This document shows positions 1-10,059 of a DNA stretch of 64,000 nucleotides, piece by piece. The notes under the pieces are model-generated. The model worked only from the letters and a program-made list of their open reading frames with translations. It was not told the origin of the DNA and did no database searches. The DNA is from Candidatus Pelagibacter sp. (GTDB lineage: Bacteria > Pseudomonadota > Alphaproteobacteria > Pelagibacterales > Pelagibacteraceae): assembly GCF_052049835.1 (NCBI RefSeq), contig NZ_JBNGZF010000006.1, positions 12,191 through 76,190 on the forward strand, read 5' to 3'. A program made the position numbers and the translations under genes. Each line of letters opens with the position of its first letter. Within the stretch, counting starts at the first letter, position 1.

Positions 1-110
1 TCTTTATTAATTGTTTTTGCCATCAAAATTTCAGAATCTAATAATGGGTTAGGTATAAATTTACTCTTTAAAATTTTTGAACCCTCATTTATAGCCAAAT
101 TGATATTCAT
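1..110 (-). CDS. prmC: Release factor glutamine methyltransferase, N-terminal fragment (continues off the left edge)
   Basis: My translation from ATG at 110: MNINLAINEGSKILKSKFIPNPLLDSEILMAKTINK, open to the edge. DSEIL matches the PrmC N-domain, and it lies 3 nt downstream of prfA (conserved prfA-prmC order). Not in the ORF track. Confidence 0.8.
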   Translation of the reverse strand, partial: MNINLAINEGSKILKSKFIPNPLLDSEILMAKTINK

Positions 111-113
111 ATA

Positions 114-1187
114 TTATTTTAAGTTGCTAAGACTTTCCTCTTGTGCTTGTAGAGTTAAAGACTCAATCATTTCATCAAATGCTTCTCCTTCTAAAAATTC
201 ATCTAATTTGTGAAGAGTTAAATTAATTCTATGATCTGTAACTCTTCCTTGAGGAAAGTTATATGTTCTTATTCTTTCTGATCTATCTCCTGTGCCAATT
301 TTTGTCTTACGGTCTTGAGATCTTTCTTGGTCTATCCTTGATCTTTCCAATTCATATAAACGTGCTCTCAAAATTTTCATTCCTTTAGCTTTATTTTTAT
401 GTTGTGATTTTTCATCTTGTTGAGATACTGACAAACCTGTTGGTATATGGGTAATTCTAACTGCACTATCTGTTGTGTTAACCGATTGTCCACCTGGACC
501 TCCTGCTCTAAAAACATCAATTCTTAAATCAGAATCGTTAATCTTTAAGTCAACTTCCTCGGCCTCAGGTAAAACAGCTACTGTTGCTGCTGATGTATGA
601 ACTCTTCCTTGAGTTTCGGTATCTGGAACTCTCTGTACTCTATGAACTCCACTCTCATACTTTAGTGTTGAATAAATATTAGTACCTTTAATTGAGGCTA
701 TAACTTCTTTTAAACCTCCTGCATCACTTCTAGATATTGAGATTAATTCTAAAGACCATTTTTTTTTGTTACTAACTTTTTCATACATTTTAAATAAATC
801 TGATGCAAATAAACTTGCTTCTAATCCGCCTGTCCCTGCTCTTATTTCAATAATCGCATTTTTTTTATCTGCTTCATCTTTTGGCAACAAAAATAATTTT
901 AATTTTTTTTCATTAGCTTCATATCGATTTTGTAAATCTATCAATTCTATATCTGCCATTTTTTTTAACTCTCCATCAGCAGAACTATCATTTAATATTT
1001 TCTCCAATTCTTCTTTTTCAGTTTGAAAAGAAATGTAATCTTTGGCACTTCCAACTATCTCATTTAAATCTGAGTATTCTTTTGATTTTTCGGCAAATAA
1101 CTTGTTATCTAATCCACCAGTGGACAAATCTTTTTCTATAGATGAATGTCTTATAATTAATTCCTCAACTGTTTTTAAGGGTATCAT
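114..1187 (-). CDS. prfA: Peptide chain release factor 1
   Basis: GGQ motif (GPGGQSVNT), [37 protein letters not shown]. Confidence 0.98.
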   Translation of the reverse strand: MIPLKTVEELIIRHSSIEKDLSTGGLDNKLFAEKSKEYSDLNEIVGSAKDYISFQTEKEELEKILNDSSADGELKKMADIELIDLQNRYEANEKKLKLFLLPKDEADKKNAIIEIRAGTGGLEASLFASDLFKMYEKVSNKKKWSLELISISRSDAGGLKEVIASIKGTNIYSTLKYESGVHRVQRVPDTETQGRVHTSAATVAVLPEAEEVDLKINDSDLRIDVFRAGGPGGQSVNTTDSAVRITHIPTGLSVSQQDEKSQHKNKAKGMKILRARLYELERSRIDQERSQDRKTKIGTGDRSERIRTYNFPQGRVTDHRINLTLHKLDEFLEGEAFDEMIESLTLQAQEESLSNLK

Positions 1188-1189
1188 TA

Positions 1190-2284
1190 TTAGTTCTCTA
1201 GTTCAGATGCTTTTTTCTCAACTTCGCTTACAACTGTATTAATTATGTCATCAGTCAAAACTTTTTCATTCTGAACACCGGATAAATAAAGCATATTATT
1301 TCCTTTCCCCCCTCCGGTAATTCCAATATCTGTCATTGCAGCTTCTCCTGGTCCATTAACAACACAACCAATAATTGACAGTGTTATTGGAGTTTTTATA
1401 TGAGCTAGTTTCTCTTCCAATATTTTGACAGTATCGATTACCTGAAATGCTTGTCTTGCACAAGAAGGGCAAGAAATGATCTTTACTCCTCTATTTCTCA
1501 GATTTAGTGATTTTAATATCTCATTACCAATTTTCACCTCTTGAGTTGGGTTGTCAGATAAAGAAATTCTAATAGTATCTCCAATTCCATCCATTAATAA
1601 ACTACCAAGCCCTATGGATGATTTTATGCTACCAGATACAAAACTTCCTGCCTCTGTAATTCCAAGGTGTAAAGGATAATCTATAACTTTAGATAGTTGT
1701 CGATATGCTGCTATCGAAAGGAATACATCTGATGATTTGACACTTATCTTGAAATTTAAAAAATCTTTATCTTCTAAAATTTTTATATTTCTTAAAGCAC
1801 TTTTAACTAATGCCTCTGGACAAGGCTCTTTAAATTCCTCTAAAATATCTTTTTCCAGAGAACCTGCATTTACTCCAATTCTTATTGAACAATTATTATT
1901 CTTTGCTGCTTTCAACACCTCGTGTATCTTTTTTTCATCTCCAATATTTCCTGGATTAATTCTTAAACAGCTAGCTCCATTTTCTGCTGCCTCAATAGCC
2001 CTTTTATAGTGAAAATGTATATCTGCAACTACTGGTATCGATACATGTTTTATTATTTTTTTTAATGCTTTTGAAGAATCCTCATCTGGACAAGACACTC
2101 TTACAATATCAGCACCTTCCTCAGCTATATCATTAATTTGTTTTATGGTTGCTTTAACATCTGTAGTTAAAGTATTCGTCATTGATTGAACAGAGATTGG
2201 ATTGTCGCCCCCAATCTTTACATTTCCAACATTTATTACTTTTGTTTTTCTTCTTTTAATATCTCTAAATGGTCTTAAACTCAT
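1190..2284 (-). CDS. ispG: HMB-PP synthase (MEP pathway)
   Basis: [30 protein letters not shown], and Fe-S ligands SCPSCAR and GCVVNGPGE. Confidence 0.98.
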   Translation of the reverse strand: MSLRPFRDIKRRKTKVINVGNVKIGGDNPISVQSMTNTLTTDVKATIKQINDIAEEGADIVRVSCPDEDSSKALKKIIKHVSIPVVADIHFHYKRAIEAAENGASCLRINPGNIGDEKKIHEVLKAAKNNNCSIRIGVNAGSLEKDILEEFKEPCPEALVKSALRNIKILEDKDFLNFKISVKSSDVFLSIAAYRQLSKVIDYPLHLGITEAGSFVSGSIKSSIGLGSLLMDGIGDTIRISLSDNPTQEVKIGNEILKSLNLRNRGVKIISCPSCARQAFQVIDTVKILEEKLAHIKTPITLSIIGCVVNGPGEAAMTDIGITGGGKGNNMLYLSGVQNEKVLTDDIINTVVSEVEKKASELEN

Positions 2285-2289
2285 TGTAA

Positions 2290-3501
2290 TTAATCTAATT
2301 TAAATTCTTTATGTAAAGCAGCTATTGCTCTTTTAACATGCTTAAAAGAAACTAGAACAGAAATTTTTATCTCTGAGGTAGAAATAACCAAAATATTAAT
2401 TTTTTTTGAGGCTAGTGCCTGGAACATTCTATATGTTATACCTGGAGTCGTTATCATACCGACACCGATGATTGAAACTTTAGAAACACCTTTATCAAAA
2501 GATAACTTTTTAAAAGATATTTTTTTATTTTGTTTAATTAATTTTTCTGTTTTTTTTAAATCATCAGCTTTTATAGTAAATGTAAGATCTGTCTCTTTTC
2601 CATCTAAAGATATATTTTGAACCACCATATCTACATTGATAAGATTTTTCGATAGTGGTTTAAAAATAGAAGCAGCAACACCAGGTCTATCTTTTACTCC
2701 TACAATTGTAATTTTAGCATCATTTTTTGTTGATGAAATTCCAGTAATAATTTGGTCACTAAATGCTTTTTTAGAATCTGTTATTAAGGTACCAGATTTT
2801 GATACAAATGAAGATTTTACTTTAACATCAATCTTATTCAGCTTTGCATCCTGAACCGATGTAGGCTGCATTACTTTTGAACCGAGAGATGCCATTTCTA
2901 ACATTTCGTCATAAAAAATTTTTTTAATTTTTTTTGCTTTTTTATACTGCCTTGGATCAGTAGTATAAACTCCATCTACGTCAGTATATATTATACACTC
3001 ATCAGCTTTAATAAATTTTGCGAGCATAATTGCAGTTGCATCAGACCCGCTTCTTCCGATTGTTGTTATTCTTAAATCTTTACTTACACCCTGAAATCCT
3101 GTGATTATAGGTATTCCACCTGAATTTATATATCTATTTAGTTCTTTGATACCTATTGAACTAATCCTTGCACTTGAATGAGGACCATCTGTTAAAATAG
3201 GTAATTGCCATGATGTCCAAGATCTCGATTTAAACCCATTATGTTTTAGTCTACCAGCAATAAGTGCACATGATGCTTGCTCTCCAGTCGAAACTAATGC
3301 ATCATATTCTGATGTATCAAAATTGCTACTTATAAGTTTAGATTTGTTAACTAACTCATTTGTCACACCACTCATTGCCGATGAAACAACTACTACCTTA
3401 TTTTTTTTCTTTTTGTAAAAAGCAATAATTTTGCATACCTTTTTAATTCTATCTATAGTTCCTACAGATGTTCCACCAAATTTTAATACGATAGTTTTCA
3501 T
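2290..3501 (-). CDS. lysC: Aspartate kinase
   Basis: [34 protein letters not shown], and two C-terminal ACT domains (ISTSEIKIS). Confidence 0.95.
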   Translation of the reverse strand: MKTIVLKFGGTSVGTIDRIKKVCKIIAFYKKKKNKVVVVSSAMSGVTNELVNKSKLISSNFDTSEYDALVSTGEQASCALIAGRLKHNGFKSRSWTSWQLPILTDGPHSSARISSIGIKELNRYINSGGIPIITGFQGVSKDLRITTIGRSGSDATAIMLAKFIKADECIIYTDVDGVYTTDPRQYKKAKKIKKIFYDEMLEMASLGSKVMQPTSVQDAKLNKIDVKVKSSFVSKSGTLITDSKKAFSDQIITGISSTKNDAKITIVGVKDRPGVAASIFKPLSKNLINVDMVVQNISLDGKETDLTFTIKADDLKKTEKLIKQNKKISFKKLSFDKGVSKVSIIGVGMITTPGITYRMFQALASKKINILVISTSEIKISVLVSFKHVKRAIAALHKEFKLD

Positions 3502-3576
3502 GCTAGCTTTAATTATTAATATTTAATAAATAATGGATAAAATACATCTAAATTATTATGTCAACTATTTATCACA

Positions 3577-4299
3577 ATGACCAGTGTAAATAAAAAAGAA
3601 ATAGATAAATTTTCTAAAATGGCCAATGAATGGTGGGATCCAGAGGGTAAATTCAAACCACTTCATAAATTTAATCCAACAAGAATAAAATATATAAAAG
3701 AAAATATTATTAATAATTTCAAATTAAAAAATAAATCCAAACCTTTATCAGGAATAAAAATTTTAGATATTGGATGTGGTGGAGGATTGTTATCTGAACC
3801 AATGTCAAGAATGGGCGCTAATGTAACAGGTATTGATGCATCTGATAAAAATATAAAAATTGCAAAACTTCATTCAAAAAAAAATAAGCTAAAAATTAAT
3901 TATTTATGTTCATCACCAGAAAAACTTAAAATTGAAAAAAAATTTGATGTCATTTTAAATATGGAAATTGTTGAACACGTGGAAGATATAGATTTTTTTC
4001 TAAAGTCATGCTCAAAGCTTTTGAAAAAAAATGGACTAATGTTTGTTGCAACAATAAATAAAACTTTAAAATCTTATGTTTTTGCGATTGTTGGAGCAGA
4101 GTATGTTTTAAGGTGGCTACCAATTGGAACACACGAATGGGAAAAATTTGTTAAGCCTGAAGATCTTAAGAAAATTTTGATGAAGTATGATTTATCTCTC
4201 AATAAATTAGAGGGTATGAACTTTAATATTTTTAAGGATGAATGGAGTATCTCTAAAGATTTATCTGTAAATTACATAGCAAAGTTTATTAAATACTAA
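3577..4299 (+). CDS. ubiG: Ubiquinone biosynthesis O-methyltransferase
   Basis: EWWDPEGKFKPLH, SAM motif LDIGCGGGLLSE, EIVEHV, PIGTHEWEKF. Confidence 0.96.
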   Translation: MTSVNKKEIDKFSKMANEWWDPEGKFKPLHKFNPTRIKYIKENIINNFKLKNKSKPLSGIKILDIGCGGGLLSEPMSRMGANVTGIDASDKNIKIAKLHSKKNKLKINYLCSSPEKLKIEKKFDVILNMEIVEHVEDIDFFLKSCSKLLKKNGLMFVATINKTLKSYVFAIVGAEYVLRWLPIGTHEWEKFVKPEDLKKILMKYDLSLNKLEGMNFNIFKDEWSISKDLSVNYIAKFIKY

Positions 4300-4724
4300 T
4301 TTTCTTTTTCATCTATCCAAGGAATCATCTGAGCATCTATACCCTCTTCTTTTAATTCTTTTAAATCTTCCTTTGATGCACTACCGTAAATACCCTTTGA
4401 TTTTTTTTTACCATTATAATGAATTGATCTAGCCTCATATGCAAAATTATCACCAACATAATTAAAGTTATCTTTAATAAATTTTTGATAATCTTTTATA
4501 GTTTTTTTTACTTTATTATACTTTTCTAAGTTTAATTTTTGATTAGTTTTTGATTTATGACTTATTAGCTGAGGTGCCATAATTGTTTTTTCAACTTTTT
4601 CTGAATTACAATTATGGCAATTCAAAAGCTTTTTCTTTTTTAGTCTTTCATACTCGTTTGAAGATGCAAACCAACTATCAAATTTTAAATTACATTCTTT
4701 ACAAAAAAGTTTATATTTAATCAT
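4296..4724 (-). CDS. DUF1178-family protein (putative Zn ribbon)
   Basis: MIKYKLFC...FDSWF, CHNC...VEKTIMAP, YVGDNFAYEARSIHY, LKEEGI match the DUF1178 pattern. Confidence 0.85.
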   Translation of the reverse strand: MIKYKLFCKECNLKFDSWFASSNEYERLKKKKLLNCHNCNSEKVEKTIMAPQLISHKSKTNQKLNLEKYNKVKKTIKDYQKFIKDNFNYVGDNFAYEARSIHYNGKKKSKGIYGSASKEDLKELKEEGIDAQMIPWIDEKEN

Positions 4725-4762
4725 ATTTATTAGTTAATTATAAAATTTAGGTTTTCAATAAG

Positions 4763-6064
4763 TTAACTTCTATAATCTGCATTAATTTCAATATATTTTT
4801 TTGTTAAATCCATAGTATAAGCCGTGAAGTTTTTATTTCCTGTAAAAGTTTCAATGTTTATTTCTATATTTTCAGATTTCATATAATTTGCTGTTTGTTT
4901 TTCATCATAACTTTGATTTAATTTTCCACCTTCTACAATTGTTATATTTCCAAACTTAACACATAATTTTTTTAAATTAATTTTAGGCCCAGCTTTACCG
5001 ATTGCCATTATAACTCGGCCCCAATTTGGATCTTCTCCAGAAATTGCAGTTTTAACTAGTGGAGAATTTGCAATAGATAAAGCAATTTTTTTTGCATCTA
5101 TCTCATTTTTACATTTGCCAACATTTATTGTTATGAATTTTGATGCCCCTTCACCATCTGAAACAATTCTTTTGGCCAAATTCAAAAGAACATTATTTAA
5201 TGCTTTATCAAAATTTTTAATTTTATTTTCATTCACACTTTTTACTTGAGAATTTTTAACTTCATTAGTTGCAAAGATAGTTACCATATCATTGGTGCTG
5301 GTATCTCCATCACAAGAAATAGCATTAAATGTATTCGTTATATTTTTTTTTAATAGCTTTCCTAAAACGTCATTAGATAAAGTTGCATCAGTAAATATAT
5401 ACGCAAGTGTTGTAGCCATATTAGGATGTATCATTCCTGAACCTTTGGCAATTCCATATATTTTTACTTTTTCACTTCCAATATAACATTCCTCCATAGC
5501 TAATTTTGGCTTTGTATCTGTTGTCATGATTGCAAGTGCTGCCTTCATCCAAATAAATTTATTTTGAGTGTAAGTAATTTTTTTTATTAAATTTGGAATA
5601 TTGTTAGAAATTTTTTCATATGGAAAAATTTCTCCAATAGTACCAGTACAACCAAATATTATATTCTTTGAAGAAATTTTCTTTGGACTCTCTTCGTCTT
5701 CTTCTTGTTTTTTATTTAATTGTTTAGCAGTTAAATCTGCTATTTTTTTTAAACTTTCATACCCTTGCTTTCCAGTGAAAGCATTTGCATTTCTTGTATT
5801 TACAATAAGAGAATATATTTTTTTTGGTCTTTGATTGATATTCCATTTTATATTTTCAGATACTATTTTTGACTGAGTATAAACAGAAGCATAATTTGCA
5901 CCTTCTCTAAAATAAAACATAGTTAAATCATCTCTGATATCTTTATATAAATTTGCTGAAACAACCGAAATTGAAAGACCATCTAGATGATCAAGGTCTT
6001 GAAAATCAATCATTTTAGTATTTTTTGATTGAGATGATAAAAAATTTGTTAAATTAATTCCCAT
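4763..6064 (-). CDS. argJ: Bifunctional ornithine acetyltransferase / N-acetylglutamate synthase
   Basis: NANAFTG, TGTIG, TTDT, KGSGMIHPNMAT (autocleavage Thr), DGDTSTND, DGEGA, DPNWGR, terminal NADYRS. Confidence 0.96.
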   Translation of the reverse strand: MGINLTNFLSSQSKNTKMIDFQDLDHLDGLSISVVSANLYKDIRDDLTMFYFREGANYASVYTQSKIVSENIKWNINQRPKKIYSLIVNTRNANAFTGKQGYESLKKIADLTAKQLNKKQEEDEESPKKISSKNIIFGCTGTIGEIFPYEKISNNIPNLIKKITYTQNKFIWMKAALAIMTTDTKPKLAMEECYIGSEKVKIYGIAKGSGMIHPNMATTLAYIFTDATLSNDVLGKLLKKNITNTFNAISCDGDTSTNDMVTIFATNEVKNSQVKSVNENKIKNFDKALNNVLLNLAKRIVSDGEGASKFITINVGKCKNEIDAKKIALSIANSPLVKTAISGEDPNWGRVIMAIGKAGPKINLKKLCVKFGNITIVEGGKLNQSYDEKQTANYMKSENIEINIETFTGNKNFTAYTMDLTKKYIEINADYRS

Positions 6065-6129
6065 ATTGTTTAAATTATTTATTTAATACATATATTAAAC
6101 AATATAACTAAAGAATAAATCAAATAGTA

Positions 6130-8694
6130 ATGTTCAACCCATTAAATTTAATAACAAAATTTATCAAATCTAGTAATCAAAAAGAGCTAGATAGAATTGG
6201 TAAAATTGTTGAAAAAATAAACTCACACGAGGAAGATTTTAAAAATTTAAATGACGATGACTTTCCAAAAAAAACAAATGAATTTAGAAATCAGTTAAAA
6301 GATGGAAAAACTTTAGACGAGTTACTTCCTGAAGCTTTTGCTTTAGTTAGAGAAGCTGCCAAAAGAACACGTAACGAGAGACACTTTAATGTTCAATTAA
6401 TTGGAGGTGTTGCTTTGCATGAAGGTAAAATTGCTGAAATGAGAACTGGAGAAGGAAAAACTTTAACAATCACATTAGCTGCTTACTTAAATGCCTTAAG
6501 CGAAAAAGGTGTTCATATAGTTACTGTTAATGATTATCTTGCAAAAAGAGACTCGATAGAAATGGGAGACATATATAATTTTCTAGGTCTAACTTCTGGA
6601 TTTATTAACAATTATCAAGATGATACTGAGCGTAAAAAAAATTACAAATGTGACATCACATATGCAACTAACAGTGAATTAGGTTTTGATTACCTGAGAG
6701 ACAACATGAAATTCTCTGAAGAACAAATGGTTCAGAGAGAACATAATTTTTCAATTGTAGATGAGATAGATTCTTGTTTGATTGATGAAGCAAGAACACC
6801 TCTGGTTATATCTGGAGCTGCTGAGGATAAAACAGCTCAATATTTAGCAATTGATAAACTCATTAGAAATTTAAACGATAAGGATTATGAGATAGATGAA
6901 AAAGAAAAAAGTGTTCTATTAACAAATGATGGAATAAATAATGTAGAAAAACTTTTTTCTAATGCTGGAATTTTAAAAAATAATAATTTTTATGATCCAG
7001 AAAATTTACATTTGGTTCATCACGTTAATCAAGCATTACGTGCAAATCATTTATTTGAAAAAGGAAGAGATTATATTGTAGCGGATGGAAGTCTTAAAAT
7101 TATTGACGAACTTACTGGGAGAATTTTAGAGGGTAGGCGTTTTGGAGATGGCTTACATCAAGCTCTTGAAGCTAAAGAAAAAATACAAGTTCAGGCTGAA
7201 AACCAAACATTAGCTTCAATAACTTATCAAAATTATTTTAAACTTTATAAAAAAATATCTGGTTGTACTGGTACAGCTGCTACTGAGTCTGAAGAGTTTT
7301 TTGAAATTTATAATCTGCCTGTTGTTGTCATTCCTACAAACAAAGAAATGATCCGAAAGGATTTTAATGATTTAATTTTTAGAACAGAAAAAGAAAAGAA
7401 TGATGCTATTATAGAAAAAATAATTGAAAGAAATAAACTAGGTCAACCTATTTTAGTATTTACCTCAAGCATTAATAAATCTGAAGTTTATTCAAATTTA
7501 TTAAATCAAAAAAATATTAAACATGAAGTGTTAAATGCAAAAAATCATGAAAATGAGGCTGAGATTATTGCAAATGCAGGAAAAGAAAATTCATTAATAA
7601 TTACAACAAGTATTTCGGGAAGAGGAGTTGACATTCAACTTGGTGGCAGGAAAGGTTCTATTCCAGAAGACCAACTTAAAATAGATAAAGATAAAATTAA
7701 ATCTTTAGGTGGTTTATTTGTAATTGGCACAGAAAGAATGGAGTCTAGAAGAGTTGATAACCAGGCAAGAGGAAGATCTGGAAGACAAGGAGATGAAGGC
7801 AGTTCAGTATTTTATGTTAGTCTAGAAGATGATTTAATGAGAATTTTTGGATCAGAGTCTATGAATAGTATGCTAGAAAAACTAGGACTCAAAGACGGAG
7901 AAAGCATTGATCATCCATGGATTAATAAAGCATTAGAGAGAGCTCAGCAGAAAGTTGAAGCTAGAAATTTTGATATAAGAAAAACACTTATTAAATTTGA
8001 TAATGTTCTAAATGATCAAAGGCATGTTGTGTTTTCACAAAGAAAAAATGCGATGAATAGTGAAAATATCTTTGATTATTCAGATGAATTTTTAAAAGAA
8101 ATATCTGATGATTTAATAAAGTTAAAAATTTCAAATTTATCCAATCCAAAAAGTAACGAATTTCACAACAAAACAAAGCAAATAATTGGAAAAAGTTTTG
8201 AAGAAACTGAATTTAAGAATTTAATTGAAGCTAAAGATAACGATTTTAAAAAAAAAATCTCTGACAAATTCCAAGAAACAAGAAACGAGCGTATTAAACT
8301 TCTAGGGGATAATCATGCTAAAGAAATAGAAAAAAGAATTTTTCTTCAATCAATCGATTTAAATTGGAAATCACATATTCAATATTTGGAGCAATTAAGA
8401 CAAGTTATAGGGTTAAGATCTTATGGTCAGAGAGATCCGTTAGTTGAATATAAAAAAGAAGCATTTGAATTATTTTCAAATCTTCTAGAAAAATTAAAAC
8501 TAGATTTTGTAACAATTCTTATGAACTTAAAAGTGGTAATGGAATCAAGCAACGAAAAACAGGATTCAAAGAAAATCGATATATCTGACAATCCAAAATG
8601 TTTATTGTTAATTAAAAAAAATCAAAAAATTTCTAGAAATGATAGATGTGAGGCTACAGGAAAAAAATTTAAAAACTGTTGTGGAGCCTTATAG
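6130..8694 (+). CDS. secA: Preprotein translocase ATPase SecA
   Basis: EMRTGEGKT, VTVNDYLA, GFDYLRDN, IVDEIDS, GRGVDI, ESRRVDNQARGRSGRQGD. Confidence 0.98.
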   Translation: MFNPLNLITKFIKSSNQKELDRIGKIVEKINSHEEDFKNLNDDDFPKKTNEFRNQLKDGKTLDELLPEAFALVREAAKRTRNERHFNVQLIGGVALHEGKIAEMRTGEGKTLTITLAAYLNALSEKGVHIVTVNDYLAKRDSIEMGDIYNFLGLTSGFINNYQDDTERKKNYKCDITYATNSELGFDYLRDNMKFSEEQMVQREHNFSIVDEIDSCLIDEARTPLVISGAAEDKTAQYLAIDKLIRNLNDKDYEIDEKEKSVLLTNDGINNVEKLFSNAGILKNNNFYDPENLHLVHHVNQALRANHLFEKGRDYIVADGSLKIIDELTGRILEGRRFGDGLHQALEAKEKIQVQAENQTLASITYQNYFKLYKKISGCTGTAATESEEFFEIYNLPVVVIPTNKEMIRKDFNDLIFRTEKEKNDAIIEKIIERNKLGQPILVFTSSINKSEVYSNLLNQKNIKHEVLNAKNHENEAEIIANAGKENSLIITTSISGRGVDIQLGGRKGSIPEDQLKIDKDKIKSLGGLFVIGTERMESRRVDNQARGRSGRQGDEGSSVFYVSLEDDLMRIFGSESMNSMLEKLGLKDGESIDHPWINKALERAQQKVEARNFDIRKTLIKFDNVLNDQRHVVFSQRKNAMNSENIFDYSDEFLKEISDDLIKLKISNLSNPKSNEFHNKTKQIIGKSFEETEFKNLIEAKDNDFKKKISDKFQETRNERIKLLGDNHAKEIEKRIFLQSIDLNWKSHIQYLEQLRQVIGLRSYGQRDPLVEYKKEAFELFSNLLEKLKLDFVTILMNLKVVMESSNEKQDSKKIDISDNPKCLLLIKKNQKISRNDRCEATGKKFKNCCGAL

Positions 8695-8697
8695 AAT

Positions 8698-9792
8698 TCA
8701 AATTAGTAAAAGGATTGAAGAAACTAAAATTAAACCACCAATAATAGCTAGTAATATTTTTTTTGATTTAAAAATTTGATCCAAATTATTTTTCTTAATG
8801 GTTAATGTACTTAGATCATCAGTGCTAGTTATAAAACCATCGTTTCTTCCAATTTTAAGAAATTTATTTTTTCTCTCGCTCATTATTTCTTCTGAAGATA
8901 ATTCATCAAAATAATTTAAATTTTTTGTTAAAGTTTGTCTGACATTATTTAATATTATATCTCTATCTCTGTGCGCACCACCTAAAGGTTCGTCAATTAT
9001 TTCATCTATAACTTTTAATTTTAATAAATCTTTAGCTGAAAGCTTCATAGCTTTTGCAGCATCAAGCATTTTTTTCGGATCTCTCCAAAGAATAGTTGCA
9101 CATCCCTCTGGAGATATCACTGAATAAATTGCATTTTCTAACATTAGAACTTTGTTTGAAGAGGCTAATGCTATTGCTCCACCAGAACCACCCTCCCCTA
9201 TAATTATTGCAATTGTTGGAACCTTAAGTTCCATACAGCACTCAATTGATTTCGCAATTGCTTCTGCTTGACCTCTTTCTTCAGCACCAACTCCCGGATA
9301 TGCTCCTGGTGTATCAATAAAAGAAATTATCGGAATATTAAATTTATTTGCTAAATTCATTAACCTGATGGTTTTTCTATAACCTTCAGGCCTCATCATT
9401 CCAAAATTTCTCTCAATTCTGCTATCTAAATCTTCTCCTTTTTCTTGACCTATCACTAATACAGATTTTCCATTAAATTTTGCAAATCCAGTTAAAACTG
9501 ATTTATCCTCACCGTAATATCTATCTCCAGATAGCGAGATAAAGTCATCAAATAAATTATCTATAAAAAATTTTGCTTTTGGTCTATCTTCGTGCCGAGC
9601 AACCATAGTAGTTTGCCAAGGATCCAGATTAGAATAAATATTTTTTAATTTTTCATCTATTTCATTTTGAGTACTTGAAATTTTTTGTGTATCCACCTCA
9701 GACAATCCCTCTTGATTGTAAGGATCTTTTAATTTTTCTAGTTCATTTTCTAGATCTTTAATTTCTGTTTCAAAATTTAGGTAATTTTTCAT
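8698..9792 (-). CDS. accA: Acetyl-CoA carboxylase carboxyltransferase alpha subunit, with a C-terminal hydrophobic extension
   Basis: FGMMRPEGYRK, IDTPGAYPG, AEERGQ, GEGGSGGA, YSVISPEGCA. Confidence 0.96.
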   Translation of the reverse strand: MKNYLNFETEIKDLENELEKLKDPYNQEGLSEVDTQKISSTQNEIDEKLKNIYSNLDPWQTTMVARHEDRPKAKFFIDNLFDDFISLSGDRYYGEDKSVLTGFAKFNGKSVLVIGQEKGEDLDSRIERNFGMMRPEGYRKTIRLMNLANKFNIPIISFIDTPGAYPGVGAEERGQAEAIAKSIECCMELKVPTIAIIIGEGGSGGAIALASSNKVLMLENAIYSVISPEGCATILWRDPKKMLDAAKAMKLSAKDLLKLKVIDEIIDEPLGGAHRDRDIILNNVRQTLTKNLNYFDELSSEEIMSERKNKFLKIGRNDGFITSTDDLSTLTIKKNNLDQIFKSKKILLAIIGGLILVSSILLLI

Positions 9793-9897
9793 AATTTATT
9801 TATATCGGATCGTTAAAATACAAAAAAGGCAATAAAATGATTGTAAATAGAGTGTAATTCTTATTAATTGACTTAATTCTTTTAACAGATACAAATT

Positions 9898-10045
9898 AAT
9901 CATCGGGAGAGACTATTTATAGCGCCGAAGGAGCAACCACCCCGGAAACTCTCAGGCAAAAGGACCGATTAAAGCATAACACTCTGGAAAGAGATTGATT
10001 TCCGCCGAAGGAGTAAAACTCTCAGGCAAAAATACAGATGGGGTA
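9898..10045 (+). ncRNA. Tandem glycine riboswitch
   Basis: Two aptamers, each with GGA.AG..., GCCGAAGGAG and AACTCTCAGGCAAAA (about 9902-9969 and 9981-10044), ending 15 nt before the glcB ATG. Confidence 0.95.
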
Positions 10046-10059
10046 CGAATTTAAGTGCT

